NCBI GenBank assembly: GCA_964016885.1
Contig: OZ024745.1
Coordinates: 106,764,001-106,828,000, forward strand
Source of the DNA: Eledone cirrhosa
Taxonomy: Eukaryota
Length of the DNA stretch: 64,000 bases
Direction of reading: 5' to 3'
In this document: positions 27,305 through 42,082 of the stretch, piece by piece
Numbering within the stretch: position 1 is the first letter of the stretch
How the letters are laid out: each line of letters begins with the position of its first letter
Made by a program: the position numbers and the translations under genes
Notes under the pieces: model-generated
The model's input: the letters and a program-made list of their open reading frames with translations, nothing else
Told to the model about the DNA's origin: nothing
The model's database searches: none

Positions 27305-27994
27305 TTACAACCTGTGCAACCAAATGGTTAATAATATACAGGAAAGCACCAATAGATTTGTAAACATTGTAGGTCCCAATGGCAACATTCCTGAAAATCT
27401 ATCATCGTATATTCTAAGATTTGTTCGGTTGCGACCATTTTTAGCAATCTCTGGATTTAAATTAAGAAGGTCCTGCCAGGCATTGTATGCAGCTGCTGTG
27501 AAGTTGTTATCGCCAGTGGTCATCAAATCAAAGACACAAGAGTCGAAGTAGAAACCTGCAACATTGGCATCACGACATGCCATTTCAGCTTCGACTCTCA
27601 ACATGGCAACTTTGTTTTTTATTTCGTATTCCTTGAGTTTCTCTTGTCGCTGAGCAAGAAATTTTTGGTAATTAATTTGTTGCGTCTTTGGACAGCCATT
27701 GACACACAACTCGGGTTGTTCATCAGGTGTAGATGATTGTGCAATTTCCTCAGGCATTCGAATCGAAAATGTAAAGTAGCGGCCAATGTGACGAACTAAA
27801 ATTGTAGTGTCAATGTATTTTATATGGATTTTGACGTATTTCGAAGGTTCTAGCACCTTTATTTCAATTCCTTTGCCGTGTCCGTAGTGTGTGCTTCCAC
27901 CTTCGAAGGTATTCGGCAAACTGCGTTCATGGGTGACGTATGTTATAGGTCTACTTGATCCACATTTATCGTTTTTTTTTATCATGACGGTTAA
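27305..27994 (-). CDS. RGM: Terminal coding exon of a repulsive guidance molecule (RGM/hemojuvelin family) gene: C-terminal vWD-like domain plus GPI-anchor signal
   Basis: 229-aa open frame LTVMIKKNDKC...SLPNTFEGGS...YVKIHIKYIDTTILVRHIGRYFTFSIRMPEE...LCVNGCP...C...FYFDSCVFDLMTTGDNNFTAAAYNAWQD matches RGM_C motifs I recognise (IxVRQxGRYLTFAIRMPE, LCxxGCP, YFQSCVFDLLTTGDxNF). Hydrophobic C-terminal tail LLVLSCILLTIWL*. Preceded by a polypyrimidine tract and acceptor ttctctttcatttcag|TTA (AG at 27996-27995), phase 0. Confidence 0.93.
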   Translation of the reverse strand, partial: LTVMIKKNDKCGSSRPITYVTHERSLPNTFEGGSTHYGHGKGIEIKVLEPSKYVKIHIKYIDTTILVRHIGRYFTFSIRMPEEIAQSSTPDEQPELCVNGCPKTQQINYQKFLAQRQEKLKEYEIKNKVAMLRVEAEMACRDANVAGFYFDSCVFDLMTTGDNNFTAAAYNAWQDLLNLNPEIAKNGRNRTNLRIYDDRFSGMLPLGPTMFTNLLVLSCILLTIWLHRL

Positions 27995-28049
27995 CTGAAA
28001 TGAAAGAGAAAAAATAACATTGTAATATAATGATGATAATAATAATAAT

Positions 28050-29090
28050 GATTTCTACTATAGGCACAAGGCCAGAAATTTTTGGAGAAGGGAATGTCGA
28101 TTAAATCGACTGCAGTGCATTACTGATGCTTTATTTTATTGACCCCGTAAGGATGAAAGGCAAAGTTAACTGCCAAGTAATAATAATACTTTATTGGCCA
28201 GAATAGCTAAGATGTTTTTTTTGGCACAGCACAAAAAATATATGGGATACAATACAAAAATATTTGGGCATACATGAATATGAGTAAAAATAAAACAAAT
28301 TATAAAATATCAATGATGAAAGTTCCACATAGGGCCAATTGAGAACCCTTACAAATTCAGAATTGGTGTAACCAGCAAGTGTAACTGGACTCTCCCAGCC
28401 GTCATTTTCTTGTATTTAGACATTATGTTTTGCCACTCTTACCCACTATTAAAGACATTTACCCCAAGTAGAATAATTGTTTCTACTTTTGGCACAAGGC
28501 CAGCAAATACCCAGTGTATTACTGGTACTTTAATTTATTTATCGACCCTGTAAGGATGAAAACGGTAAAGTTAACCTCGACGGGATTTGAACTCAGAATA
28601 GCAAGGGCCATAACTCTATGCGTCAAAGCATGGCGTCTGACCCTCTACCGATACTGCCAACCCATCGCCCAAGTAGAATAATAATGGTTTCTGATATAGG
28701 CACAAGGCTTGGAGGAGGGGAAAGACGATTAAATCCACCCCAGTGGTACTTTATTTTATGAACCCCGTAAGGATGAAAGGCAAAGCTAACCTTGGTGGGA
28801 TTTGAACTCAGAACATAAAGGGCCGTAACTCTATATTACAAAGCATGGTGTCAGACGCACTACTGATACTGCCAATCCACCATATAATAATTATATGATT
28901 TAGGTACAAACCCAGCAATATGGGGTTGGGTGGGAAGGGGAATGTTGATTAAATTAATTGTTTCTATTTTTTTGGCACAAGGCCAGCAATTATCCAAGTG
29001 CATTACTGGTACTTTATTTTATCGACCCCGTAAGGATGAAAGGCAAAGTTAACCTCGGCGGGATTTGAACTCAGACTGTAAAGGGTAAAT
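28050..29090 (-). mobile_element. Tandem cluster of main-family SINEs immediately upstream of the RGM acceptor
   Basis: Four copies or fragments on minus; one is flanked by TSD cccaagtagaataat. Confidence 0.8.
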
Positions 29091-29966
29091 TAATAATAAC
29101 AAATCAGTTATCCTGAGGGAAACCTTTTATTAATACTGAATACAACAAGGAATAATAGAATTTCATTATCTTGACCCAATACTTGACTCATGTGTTACAA
29201 AAGATTCATAGGAGGACTATGAAGCAGTGTGGTTAGAGTTGTGATTTCTTTGCAGGCATTAATTACAACCCTTCTTAATAACTGCATGGTTTCTTTCCAT
29301 GGACTATGTGGAAAAATAACCCTCATTTGGTCATTGCATGACAGTGTCTTGTTCAGCCTATGAACCTTTTAGCCGAACTTCATGTTGACCTCAGAAGGAT
29401 TCAAACTCAAAACGCGCCACAAAGTATTTTGTCCGATATTTCTAAGGAATCTGACAACCCACAACCTAGCAGCGGTAGTAATGAGGAGGAAAAATAGGGT
29501 CCCTATTATTCCAGTCTCGACGTTATCAAGTCAGCAAGGGAAGACTTACATTGCTATTCGATCAGCTAGAAATAAGAACTAAGTCTCTTTACAATCACAT
29601 TCTACTAACTTTTAAAAGATCCAATTCATCTAAGTCGGAATGTGTTTAAGTATGTGCATTTTATCAGAGCTACACAACAACTAGACGCATCTGTTTAAAT
29701 ATGTATGGATATCTCTATCCATACACAAGTAACTGCTATATATATATATACATATGGACCTCAGTATGTATATACATACATGTTCACATTCATTAAAACA
29801 TACATATTAATAGGCATTCACTAACATGCGTACATATATCTATTCATATACATGCGTACATATATCTATTCATATACACGCATACCCATTAACACATACG
29901 TGTGCATAAATACACATTTCACACGTTTGACAATATGTATGTAATTATATACATGCGTAGTCACTA

Positions 29967-30000
<34 letters not shown>

Positions 30001-30046
30001 GTATATGTGTATGTATATATACATATATATACATATATATATATAC

Positions 30047-30080
<34 letters not shown>

Positions 30081-30940
30081 GTGTGTATGTATATATATAC
30101 ATATACATATATATACATATATATATATATATATACATATATATACATATATATACATATATATATATACATATATATATATACATATATATATACATAT
30201 ATATACATACATATATATATATACATATATATACATATATATACATACATATATATATATACATATATATACATACATATATATATATACATATATATAC
30301 ATACATATATATATATACATATATATATACATATATATACATACATATATATATACATATATATATATACATATATATATACATATATATATACACATAT
30401 ATATACATATATATACACATATATACATATATATACACATATATATACATATATATACATATATATACATACATATACATACATATACATATATATACAT
30501 ATATATACATACATATACATATATATATACATATATATACATACATATACATATATATATACATATATATATACATATATATACATACATATACATATAT
30601 ATATACATATATATACATACATATACATATATATATACATATATATACATACATATACATATATATATACATATATATACATACATATACATATATATAT
30701 ACATATATATACATACATATACATATATATACATACATATACATACATATATATATACATATATATACATACATACATATATATACATATATATATATAC
30801 ATACATATATATATATACATACATATATATACATATATATATATACATACACACGCATACGTACACACACACACCCATATGCATACACACATACAAACAC
30901 TTTTGTAGACACGCACACACACACACACACATATATACTA
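29967..30940. repeat. (TA)n/(CATA) microsatellite block
   Basis: Seen directly. Confidence 0.95.
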
Positions 30941-31418
30941 TATATGCCCATGTTATGTATTTTGGGAGCAACAGCTGTTGTTTCATAAAAGGAAACGACA
31001 GTGTAAAGAAACGTGGTCCTCGGGTTCAGTTGTACTGGTTACACCCCCTCCACACACACGCTAGAAGAGAGGGGTGCAGGTGGGGGTGGGCTTTGTTGGA
31101 ATGGAGCAATGGTAGCGATGGGTGTGGGTGGACAGGGGAAGAAGTGACTTGAAACGTAGACTATATTTCATGTGCCTCCCACTAAACCCGGCTAAAGTGA
31201 AGATGTTCGCATGATGATGATGATGATGATGATGATTACAGGATGGTAATATGGAGGGGGAGGAAACAGAGAAGTAGAGCGAGAAACTGCGAGAGAAAAA
31301 AGGAGATAGTGAGCAAAAAACATGTCTCCACCTCTATACTTCCTTATAAAGCCGCTTTAAGGCGATACTGGTAACAGTACCTGAAGATAATAGACTTCGG
31401 CTTACTTTCTTGGTATTG

Positions 31419-31424
<6 letters not shown>

Positions 31425-31499
<75 letters not shown>

Positions 31500-32010
31500 G
31501 GCGCGAGAGTGAGAGCGGGCGCGAGAGTGAGAGCGGGCGCGAGAGAGAGAGCGGGCGCGAGAGAGAGAGCGGGCGCGAGAGAGAGCGGGAGTGAGCGGGC
31601 GCGAGAGAGAGCGGGAGTGAGCGGGCGCGAGAGAGAGCGGAAGCGAGCGGGCGCGAGAGAGAGCGGAAGCGAGCGGGCGCGAGAGAGAGCGGAAGCGAGC
31701 GGGCGCAAGAGAGAGCGGGAGCGAGAGAGAGAGGGAGAGAGAGAGGGAGCGAGAGAGAGCGGGGGAGAGCTGGAGCGAGAGAGAGCGGGAGCGAGAGAGA
31801 GCGGGAGCGAGAACGGGAGCGGGAGCGAGAACGGGAGCGGGCGAGAGAGAGCGGGAGCGAGAACGGGAGCGGGCGAGAGAGAGCGGGAGCGAGAACGGGA
31901 GCGGGCGAGAGAGAACGGGAGCGGGCGAGAGAGAACGGGAGCGGGCGAGAGAGAACGGGAGCGGGCGAGAGAGAGAGCGAGAGAGCGAGAGAGCGGGAGA
32001 GAGAGAGAGA
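31425..32010. repeat. (GA)n grading into a GC-rich gagcgggcgcga(ga)n minisatellite
   Basis: Seen directly. Confidence 0.9.
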
Positions 32011-35000
32011 GTGCTTTAACCGTACCGAGACCTTGCATTCATTATAGATGATGAGGCTTTACTTTGGATAAAATTTAGCAGAGCGGGAACCTCTACATGC
32101 TAGAAATAGCAGCTAAGTAAACGTTATGCATGGAAAGAGAAACATTGTATAATATAACCCCTCCTAGATATGATGTTTTGAAAAATATTAATTTAGTCAT
32201 GGCTGAAAAACAGTTGCTCGAGGGTTAAACATCAACACCAAACACAAACACTCGGTAACAATAGCTGAACCTCCTATTAAAAAAAAAAAAAAATAATAAT
32301 CATAATCAACCGCCTTAAAAAGTCTAAGATATGTTGGATGTATACATTAATCATGGATATACAAGAAGTTGTTATGGTTGTGGTTTGAACATCTTTGATA
32401 ATGAAGTTATTCATTCAGAGGTGTATTGGGGTTTACATCAACACCATTGCCACAAAAAGGGCCTCTACGAGATTGCCGGTGTTCTGAAATTTCAGGGAAT
32501 TTGGCTGTTGTCTCTAGCTTCCTTTGTCGTAAAGAATGGCCACTTTTCGGCACTGAATCCTACATTTCTCTAATAGATGGTCACAGTTAGAATACCTTTT
32601 ATCATAGGTCTGCCGAATGAGGGTAGTGCCGAGACCAAACAAACAAACAAACAACAGTTATCAGTCATAGAATACACTAACAGTACTATCAAAAGGAGAT
32701 CTGACCTTATTTGTTTCTATCACTAATAGAAGATAGCCCACCAAACAAAAGAAACTATAAACGCCGCCATGTTTTAAACCTTCATCCTTCACTTAGCTAG
32801 AGTGAAACACACACACACACACACTTGTAGAACTCTTCTCTCATGTTTTCCACTCTTTCCTTCAGATTGCACTGTAACACAAAACGTATATTGGTTGGTA
32901 AAACGATCTTTATGCAAGCTTTGTAACCACCTCTTCCCCAACTACACACAACCTAAAAGAAAACACATGCACACACACATTACCTGCCACTCAAATTCTA
33001 TCTATCTTCTACACTATCATACACACAAACAACGAATGACATGCTTTATGTCAAACAACAAGTTGACATATTCATGTCATCAAAAAGTGGAGAGATAGAG
33101 AGAGATAGAGAGGGGGGGGGGGGGGAGATAGAGAGGGGGGGAAGAGATAGATAGATAGAGAGAGCGAGAGAGGGAGGGAGAAGAGATAGATAGATAGATA
33201 GATAGAAGAGAGAGGAAGGGAGAAAGAGAGATTGATCATTTATTCACTCGTTTCTTATTTTTGTTTCTTTAGTCTGTTTATGCCATCAACAGAGGGGGAG
33301 TGTGAGAGAAATAGACAGAGGGGGGAGAGGATGCGAGAGAGGGGAGAGAGAGAGAGCACAAGAGAGTAAGATAAACACAGCGAATGAGTGAGAAGTATAA
33401 GTTACAATGCCACAGATTTGTGTTTTCCTCATTTTCCCTCTTCTTCAGTCTTGCTTTCTCTTTAATTTTTCTTAGTTTTGAAGTTAACTAGTGAGAGGGC
33501 GTATTAACGCACTGTTGTATATAGTAGCACTATCACCACCACCACCACCATCGCCTATCTCCTACCTAGCTAAACTCCACCAACAAGGAGAAAAAAAAAA
33601 AGACGTTTCGTCAGATAGGGAAGTCAAGTAATATAAAGGCTGCCATGTTGCAAAAAGACGTTGAATAAGGAATGAAAATACAAAATCTAAAATATATACT
33701 AAACAAAATTATTCTGCGGTTGAAAATGTAAAAAAATGAAATAAGGTAAAATAAACAGATATAAATATAATAAAATAAATAAACGTGAAGAATTACGACA
33801 AAGGCTTTGTTGGCATTCTGTTCCAACAGAAAACAAAAAGCTTACTTGGACCAAATATTCACCGATTGAGTTATGTCCCTTGACTATTATATTTTTAATT
33901 ATGTAAATTATAGTACCCCAAATAATTTATAATTAGATGTTTATATCAACTAATCAAGTCGGCTTGAGTTGACCAATACTATGCTGATAAGGTCTAATAG
34001 AACCAAACATCAAGTGTCTGTACAAGGAAACCTCATTTTCCTCCTCCCGCAAGGCATGTAAATTAACTTTTAGTGATTAATTCTTAATTTTTCTTTTAAA
34101 TTATTATCATTATTATTAATCCCTTTTTTATTGCGAGTTTTAACGGCCGGTAGATATTTTTGTTTTCTTTCACAAGCTAAAAGGGAAATTTCAATTAATT
34201 AAGAACTTGCCAACAGCAAGTTCTTTTCCATTACGCTCAGTTTCTGTATTACGTGCACAATAATTTCCTTAACACATAGAAACATCTGTGAATTATGGCA
34301 CGGACGCTTTACATACGATAACCCCCCCCCCCCCACCCCCAAGGTATAAACAAATACATCTAAATAACCAATATCCCTAAAATAATACCATATTAGAGAA
34401 AGAAAATCTCATTGGTTAACCAAGTAAATCTACTAGTTGGGAGAAAAACCGGAAGACCTCGACTGGAATGCCTTATTTTAAACACAAGTCTGCAGGATCA
34501 AGGCAAAAATACCACACAGTATTAACAGAACATTAACCTTCCCAGCATGATCAAACTGATTATGCCTTCCCACAAAAAATATTCTGCAGGCATATATGCC
34601 ATCAGAGATAAGTGCACAACAACCGCTCGGGTAATCGATCGGACAATGGAGAATATGCAAAAGGCATCTGAGCCAATTAGGGACCCACCAAGTATTCTCT
34701 TGACGTATAAGAAATAGCAACTAACCCCTCCTCAAAGCACCCAACTCCATCATCTTAAACAAAAAAATGCATTGGAAAATGTTGTTCAGAGTTCTCTTGC
34801 ATAAAGGATAAGGAAGGAATGCTCCCGACTGAAATGCCTCCTTTAATCATAGGTCTGGTAGATCTGATCTGGGATTCAGCATAACAAAAAAAAAACATCT
34901 GCCAAACTCAGTGCCATAGGTCTGTTTTATCAGGGATGCTTCCAGACTGTCACGAAGACATCAACTTGATCAATATTAAAGATCGATCTAATTAAACCTC

Positions 35001-36131
35001 GTAATATTGATCAAGCATGGTTTGCAGATTTGCTTAACATCGATATTTGTAAGTGTGCGAGATAGGGACTGGCATAAAACAGTTGGCATTCACCTATTAT
35101 CCATATATTGCGAACACCTGAACCAATACGGTTGATCAGCATGCTAGAAAAAGTAACCAAATTTTTAAAAAAGAACACGTTGGCTATGCTCTGCACATGG
35201 GGAAAAGACAGGATGGCTAGGGTTGAATGTCTTTGATAATATCATTACTCCATAACGGTTGGTGCAGGGGTTAAACTGCATCATGAAAACGTGGCTACAC
35301 GCACTAACATACATACACAATTCCTTTTTTGATAAGCATTGAAAAATAAGAGATAGAAAGACATGTAGAGAGAGTGGGAAACAGTAAGGAAACAGATGAA
35401 TGGAAGAGAGAGCAGAGTGTAAGAAAGAGAAAAGCGAGGAATGGTGGAAGAGAAAGAAAGAGAAAAGCGGGGAATGGTGGAAGAGAAAGGAAGAGAAAGA
35501 AAGACAATGTGAGGGATAGAGATGTTGGTGAACATGTGTGCGAGGGGTGGATAACGTGAGGGCGATAGGGGGATGATGATGAAAAGACAAGCAACAAACA
35601 TGAAGTAATAGAGAAGGTTCCTAAGAAATCTAGACGTTTCAAAACATTCATTTTCAACAGCGTGCAATAATTCCTGACTACATGCAGCTAAAATATGCAT
35701 CGCAGCTGTCACACAAACTGCAGTAATTGAAAGTTAAGAAACCCCCATCCTTAAAATTCACATTACCACCATTACTATTTCCAGACAGGCGATGGTGATA
35801 TATATAAAGTGGTTAACTTCGGTATAATATTATATACAGAACTCACTCCTATTGGCCTCCCCATCAACAAATATATTTTATTCTTAAACATTTACATATT
35901 CCTCATGTCACTATCAAATACTTCACAGTAACAGAATCAAACATTAAAACTCATAAAATAAATAAATCAGATCTAAATCTACTCAGATACCGACATTATA
36001 TATATATATTGCTTTTAATATACTGTACATTTTTACACCTAAATATAATTTGTATAAATGAAGCTCCACAAAGTATAGTATTTATCCTGCATGTAATATG
36101 GCTGAAATAGTTTTATTATAGTTTATTTTAG

Positions 36132-36212
<81 letters not shown>

Positions 36213-37837
36213 TAAAGAGAGAGAGAGAGATGTGTGTGTGTGTCTATATATATATATGTATAGTGATGTTTGAGGCGGAAGATCTCTGGACAAAAATACA
36301 TTGTGATTGCAATTGTGTCTCTTCTGAATTCAAATTCCACACAAGTCCACTTTTTCCTTTCAAACTCTTGAGGTCGATGTCATCGACTACCTTATAAAAT
36401 AGAGTGTGACCCAGCAAGGCCACACTGCAATGTATTGACGGCTATGTTACCCAATGTATTCTTTACTTTTTAAAGATAATGCAGGTTCAACTTGTGAGAG
36501 ATTTGGCTGTTAATTTTAACATATCAAGTGCCTGCGTAGAGTCACTAGTTGACCACCGTGTCATTTAATTGGTGTACGAATTTATCCTAAGTCATGTACT
36601 TCACTGAGTAATTTATAGTTACGTATTTCGTCACAATTTTCCTTCATCTCCGACTTTTACAACCTAGTATTAAGTAATGTGAAGCAGTGCATTTGTAGAC
36701 TGGTTGCAACGGTATTTGCACAACATGTTCCCTTCAAGTGCCAAGTTGCGGATTTATCATATTGCCAGACACGCCAAAGTTACCACCACAATATAAAGAA
36801 TAATTATCTGAGCGAATAAGGAGGTCACGATCTACCAGGCATTGTAGCTGTAGCTAAACCTCACCATACTGTTTTTCAAATGGAGAGAATTTAGCCATGA
36901 ATACACGAAGAAAAAAAAAATGTCCGTGGATGGAATGCCTTTGTTCAAGGTTATTCAATCAAGACTAACCTGAGACTAAGCAACAACCACATTACTATTG
37001 CATGGTATACAAATGAGGTAACCTTCTCATCATCACACGACCTGGTCCAAAATGGATAAAAGGGAAAGGTGAGGAGGCCAAGACTAGAATACCTTCGATA
37101 ATAGATCTCAACCAAAGCTGACTTAGTGGCTTTAAAATACAAAACAAAATGAAACAGAAATAAGTAAAATAAACTAAACAAACAAATAATTATATATATA
37201 TAATACTTTATGAACATTTAAAACTATCACTTTGTAGAAGATATTCTATTTCTTGTGATAATCAACAGAACTTGCTTCCGGATAGGCGAGAATCGTTGAT
37301 AAGTTAACTTAACAGTGATTTATTTTTTTTTCTTTTAATGCTGCGGTTGTGTTTGTGACAAATTACTTCCTTAGTTTAACATATATAAGATACAGAAGAG
37401 GAAAAGAATAAAAAGTATCAACAAAACCCGTAGAACTTATCTCAGAATAGAGAGAGAGGAGGAGAGAGGAGGAGAGTTTGCGCAGAGGACTGTATTTGAC
37501 ACAGAATGATTGATGAGAGATTGTTGCTAACCAGAGAATTCAGAGGTGTGAATTACCGATTCTGTTCGCAAATCCTGACACGAAATGATATTGCTGCAAA
37601 TTTGAACTACAGCCGCAGATATAACCCCCCCCCCCCCCCCCCCCCCAACAAAAACCAACAGTAAACTATTGGAAAATACTATTATAATAGTAGCTCGTTT
37701 GAGTTTTCTCTCCCTCGATGGCTGGTGAATTAAGTAACAGTTTAAGTAGATTTTAAAAAAAAAGGGGGGGGGGGGCGACGACGACACCTCCCCAACTCCT
37801 CCTAATGTTATATTCTGTTTATCTTAGAAATATTTAG

Positions 37838-39040
37838 GGTGGTGGATTGGAAGAATTAGTAGAGCGTCGAGCAAATTGTCTTATGATATTTAGTTAACTC
37901 TACTTTATATTCTATCAAGTATTTTTATGCACGAGTCGAGTTAACCCAAGCCAATCCCCACCTCTAGTTTCGACAAAAATAACTGGAATAACACCATGAT
38001 AGGTTGGTGATTGGCAGTATCGGTAGAGCGTCGAACAACATGCTTCGTGGCATATAGTTCTGAGTTCAAATCCTGCCGTGGTTAGCTTTGCCTTTTATCC
38101 TTGAGGGAGTCGATAAAATAAAGCACCAGTAGTTCACCGCTGTCGAATCAATCGACTCCCCCTTCCCCTCAAATTGCTGGCCTTGTGCCTAAATTAGAAA
38201 CCATTATTATTATTATCCATTCTAGGGTGGTGGATTGGCAGTATCGGTAGAGCGTTGGACACCATGCTTTGCAGCAGAGAGTTAGGCCCTTTATGATCTG
38301 AGTTCAAAACCGGCCGAGGTTAGCTTTGCCTTTCATCGTTAGGGGTCGATACCTAAATCAAAAACCAGACTCCATGCTGTTTAACAGAGTTATGGCCCTT
38401 TACGTTCTGAGTTCAAATCCCGCCGAGATTAACTTTGCCTTTCATCCTTGCGGGGGTAGATAAAATAAAGTACCAGTCATGAACTAGGGTAATTGCTAGC
38501 CTTGTGCCAAAAGTAGAAACAATTATTATTCATTCTAGGGTGGTGGATTGGCAGTATCGGTACAGGGTCGGACACCACGCTTTGCAGCATAGAGTAACGC
38601 TCCTTTACGGTCTGAGTTCAAATCCCGCCGAGGTTAACTTTGCCTTTCATCCTTACGGGGTGGATAAAATAAAGCACCAGTAACGTACTGGGGTCGATTT
38701 AACCCCCCCCCCATTACTGGCCTTGTACCTATATAAGAAACCATTCGTCCAGCATAGTTACGTCTCTTCACGGTTAACTTTGCCTTTCATCCTTACGGGG
38801 GTGGATAAAATAAAGCACCAGTAACGTACTGGGGTCGATTTAACCCCCCCCCCCCATTACTGGCCTTGTACTTATATAAGAAACCATTCGTCCAGCATAG
38901 TTACGTCCCTTTACGGTATGAGTTCAAATCCCGTCGAGGTTAACTTTGCCTTTCATCCTTACGGGGTCGATAAAATAAAGTACCAGTAATGTACTGGGTA
39001 ATTGCTGGCCTTGTGCCTAAAGTAGAAACAATTATTATTA
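37838..39040 (+). mobile_element. Head-to-tail SINE array with an internal ~135-bp duplication
   Basis: Several copies. ggttaactttgcc...gtggataaaataaagcaccagtaacgtactggggtcgatttaac(C)n attactggccttgtac.tatataagaaaccattcgtccagcatagttacgtc occurs at about 38632 and about 38772. Confidence 0.8.
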
Positions 39041-39689
39041 TCCATCCTAAATTAGTATGTAGACAGAGCACAAAGAATAGAAATCTGTCGACCCCGATAC
39101 CAACAAAGCTGAAGTGTATCTGTACGAGAGTATGAAATGTGGAAACGAACATGGAAACACTTCGAAGAATGATTCACGCGCGATCCCGTACAGCACATAC
39201 GCAAACAAAGGCACACACAGATATAGAAACACACACACACACACACGTGTGTGTGTGTGTGTGTGTGCGCGCGCGGTATTCGTTGCTAAAAGACAAAAAG
39301 TCTCCTCTTTTAATTACATACAGTTCAGAAATGACAAGACCCTCCCTTCCAAAATAGATATTTAATTACTCCAAACATGTTGTAAGAGCACATTACAACA
39401 CCAAACAAAACGCCGGCATCGCCACTATCATAAATAATAATAATTCTTCCACCATCCTCATCATCACAATGCAAGGTAAATAACTTTAATTCCTTCATAG
39501 CCAAACCTTTTTTTTCTTAATTTGCTTGTTAGTTTTTTTTCTTCTAAAAATAAGAACAAAACAACCTTACACTCCAGTAGTATCCTACATACAGCCACAG
39601 GTTATACATAAGAAAGTATCAGCACTTTGGAGAGTAATAACATGTAAATGGTTAGGGCTATATATTTATCCATACAGCTATATATAGAT

Positions 39690-39693
39690 ATAG

Positions 39694-39734
<41 letters not shown>

Positions 39735-40185
39735 TATATATATATGTACACCCGCATATATATATATATAAATACATACACACACACACATATGTACATA
39801 CGCATATATATATATACACACACATATATATGTACATACGCATATATACACACATATATGTACATACGCATATATATATACACACACACACATATGTACA
39901 CACGCATATATATATATACACACACACATATATATATATGTACATACGCATATATATATACACACATGTACATACGCATATATATATATATATATATACA
40001 CACATGTACACACGCATATATATATATATATATACACACACATATATGTACATACGCATATATATATATATACACACACACACATATATGTACACACGCA
40101 TATATATATATACACACACACACATATATGTACATACGCATATATACACACACATATATATGTACATACGCATATATACACACAT

Positions 40186-40224
<39 letters not shown>

Positions 40225-40225
40225 T
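39690..40225. repeat. tgtacatacgca(ta)n(ca)n minisatellite
   Basis: Seen directly, about 14 variable-length units. Confidence 0.9.
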
Positions 40226-42021
40226 ATGTAGACATATGTGTGTGAGTGAGTGTGTGTATATGCACACTCATTTTTCTTCTCTAACCTCGCTCCCACCCAC
40301 ACCATAACGTAACAAAGTAGAAATCTAAAAATATACAAAATAAAAATACATTTTCATATCAGCAACATACCCAGAGGTTAGAATCAATTTTCCATGTTTT
40401 CCTTTATTTTCTATTCATTATTATTTCATTATTATTGTTGTTGTTGTTGTTGTTATCATTATTACTTTTTTCGTTCTTTTTTTCTTTTTTTTTTTTTTCT
40501 TTATTACATTTTAACACGGATAAGTCTGCAAGGGTTTTATATGCAGGAAATTACAGTCAGCGGTGTGAGTGTCTTTGTATCGTACCCACCCGCCGTGAAA
40601 ACACCTAGCCAACAACACCACCACCACCACCACCACCCTCATCACGACCAGCTTCATCACTTTCCCCCATCCCTGACACTCCCCAATAACAGCAGCCTAA
40701 ATCAGCATTGGCACCACCACTACCACCACAGCTACATAAACAACCACCACAACGACAAATCATGTGTGGTATGCTACGGATAGACTGAAGGTTTACAGTA
40801 CAGGAAATTACGGCATTTCCAACTTGTCGAATGTAATGTTTCATTTCAAAACCATTATTAATACAATCTAGTCGAATGTAATGACAAACAATAGCCGACG
40901 GGTGGTAGAGGCAATGATAATGGTGGTGATGATAGCGGTGATAACATTGGATATAACATCGTTAGACGTATTTTTTTTTTTTTAGAAGAGTGTGTGTGCT
41001 TTTTTTTATATGCTCTGATACTCACACACCACACCTATTACAAACATTCCAAGCATCACCAATGCTATACACCATTAGCAAAATCCCATCAAGCCAGCTA
41101 AGAAAACTCTATGCAGTGGCTCGATATGCTGAAAATAATAGCCAATTCCGCCTCACACCCACTACTCATTACTCATTACTGTCTTAATGGGGAATACACA
41201 TTAACATAACTAAATGCACTCCTAGTCGGATTATGCCCGACAAAAACAAACCAATCAAAGACGGGGATGGTTTTGGCTGGAATTTCTTCAATTATAGGTC
41301 TATATGACCAGAGTCCAACAGACCATTGCTAGATCCACTCTAATACCGAATTTTCTATATTTTCCAAAGGGTCAATTGATTTATTTTATTGTTGCAGTCC
41401 CCCTTGCTCGTTGTTTTTAGATTTTTAATAATGTTATATAGAATATTTATCTACTAAGTTTATCGATAACAGCAACTAATCGAAGTTGTTCAACTCACTA
41501 TAACATGTACGTGAGACCGTACCTTGAGGCATTTGCTAGAAATAGCAAAAAATCTTTCATATAAGTCTCCACACCTTACTGGCTTTATACAAGGGTAAAG
41601 AATGTTTGGATAATAGATTCGAGATAAAAAAAGAAAGGAAAAAAAGATGTGGTTGTCAAGGTTGGAACCCCTTTAATCAAGGGATTGATCGGACAATGAT
41701 TACATACTATCGCTAAAACAGTATAACACAGCACAAAGCATAAGTAAAAATTAAATCATTATTATTATTATAAGCTTATGCGCATATATGCATGAGTGAG
41801 TGCGTGCCAGGAAGGGGAATGGCTTTATAAAAGAGCATATTCCGAAAGGAGAATGATAAACGCTGCCAAGTTGTAAACAATGGAGAACCCCAAGTTGGCT
41901 CGGATAAACTGTATTGTTGTTTAACCATAAGTCAAGCTCTGATTAAGCAAAGTTATGACCAAAGGCGTTCTTCAGTCATGACCACCCCATTCTTTTTTTT
42001 TATTCGCTGGCTTTGTAAAAC

Positions 42022-42082
<61 letters not shown>

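Noticed and set aside
27420-27440. Furin site analogous to hemojuvelin RNRR
   Set aside because: Sequence is GRNRTN, which does not fit R-X-X-R, and it is at a different position.
31334-32051. Arg/Glu/Ala-rich and Leu/Ser/Pro-rich ORFs
   Set aside because: Translations of a (GA)n-derived minisatellite. The same applies to 46355-47209.
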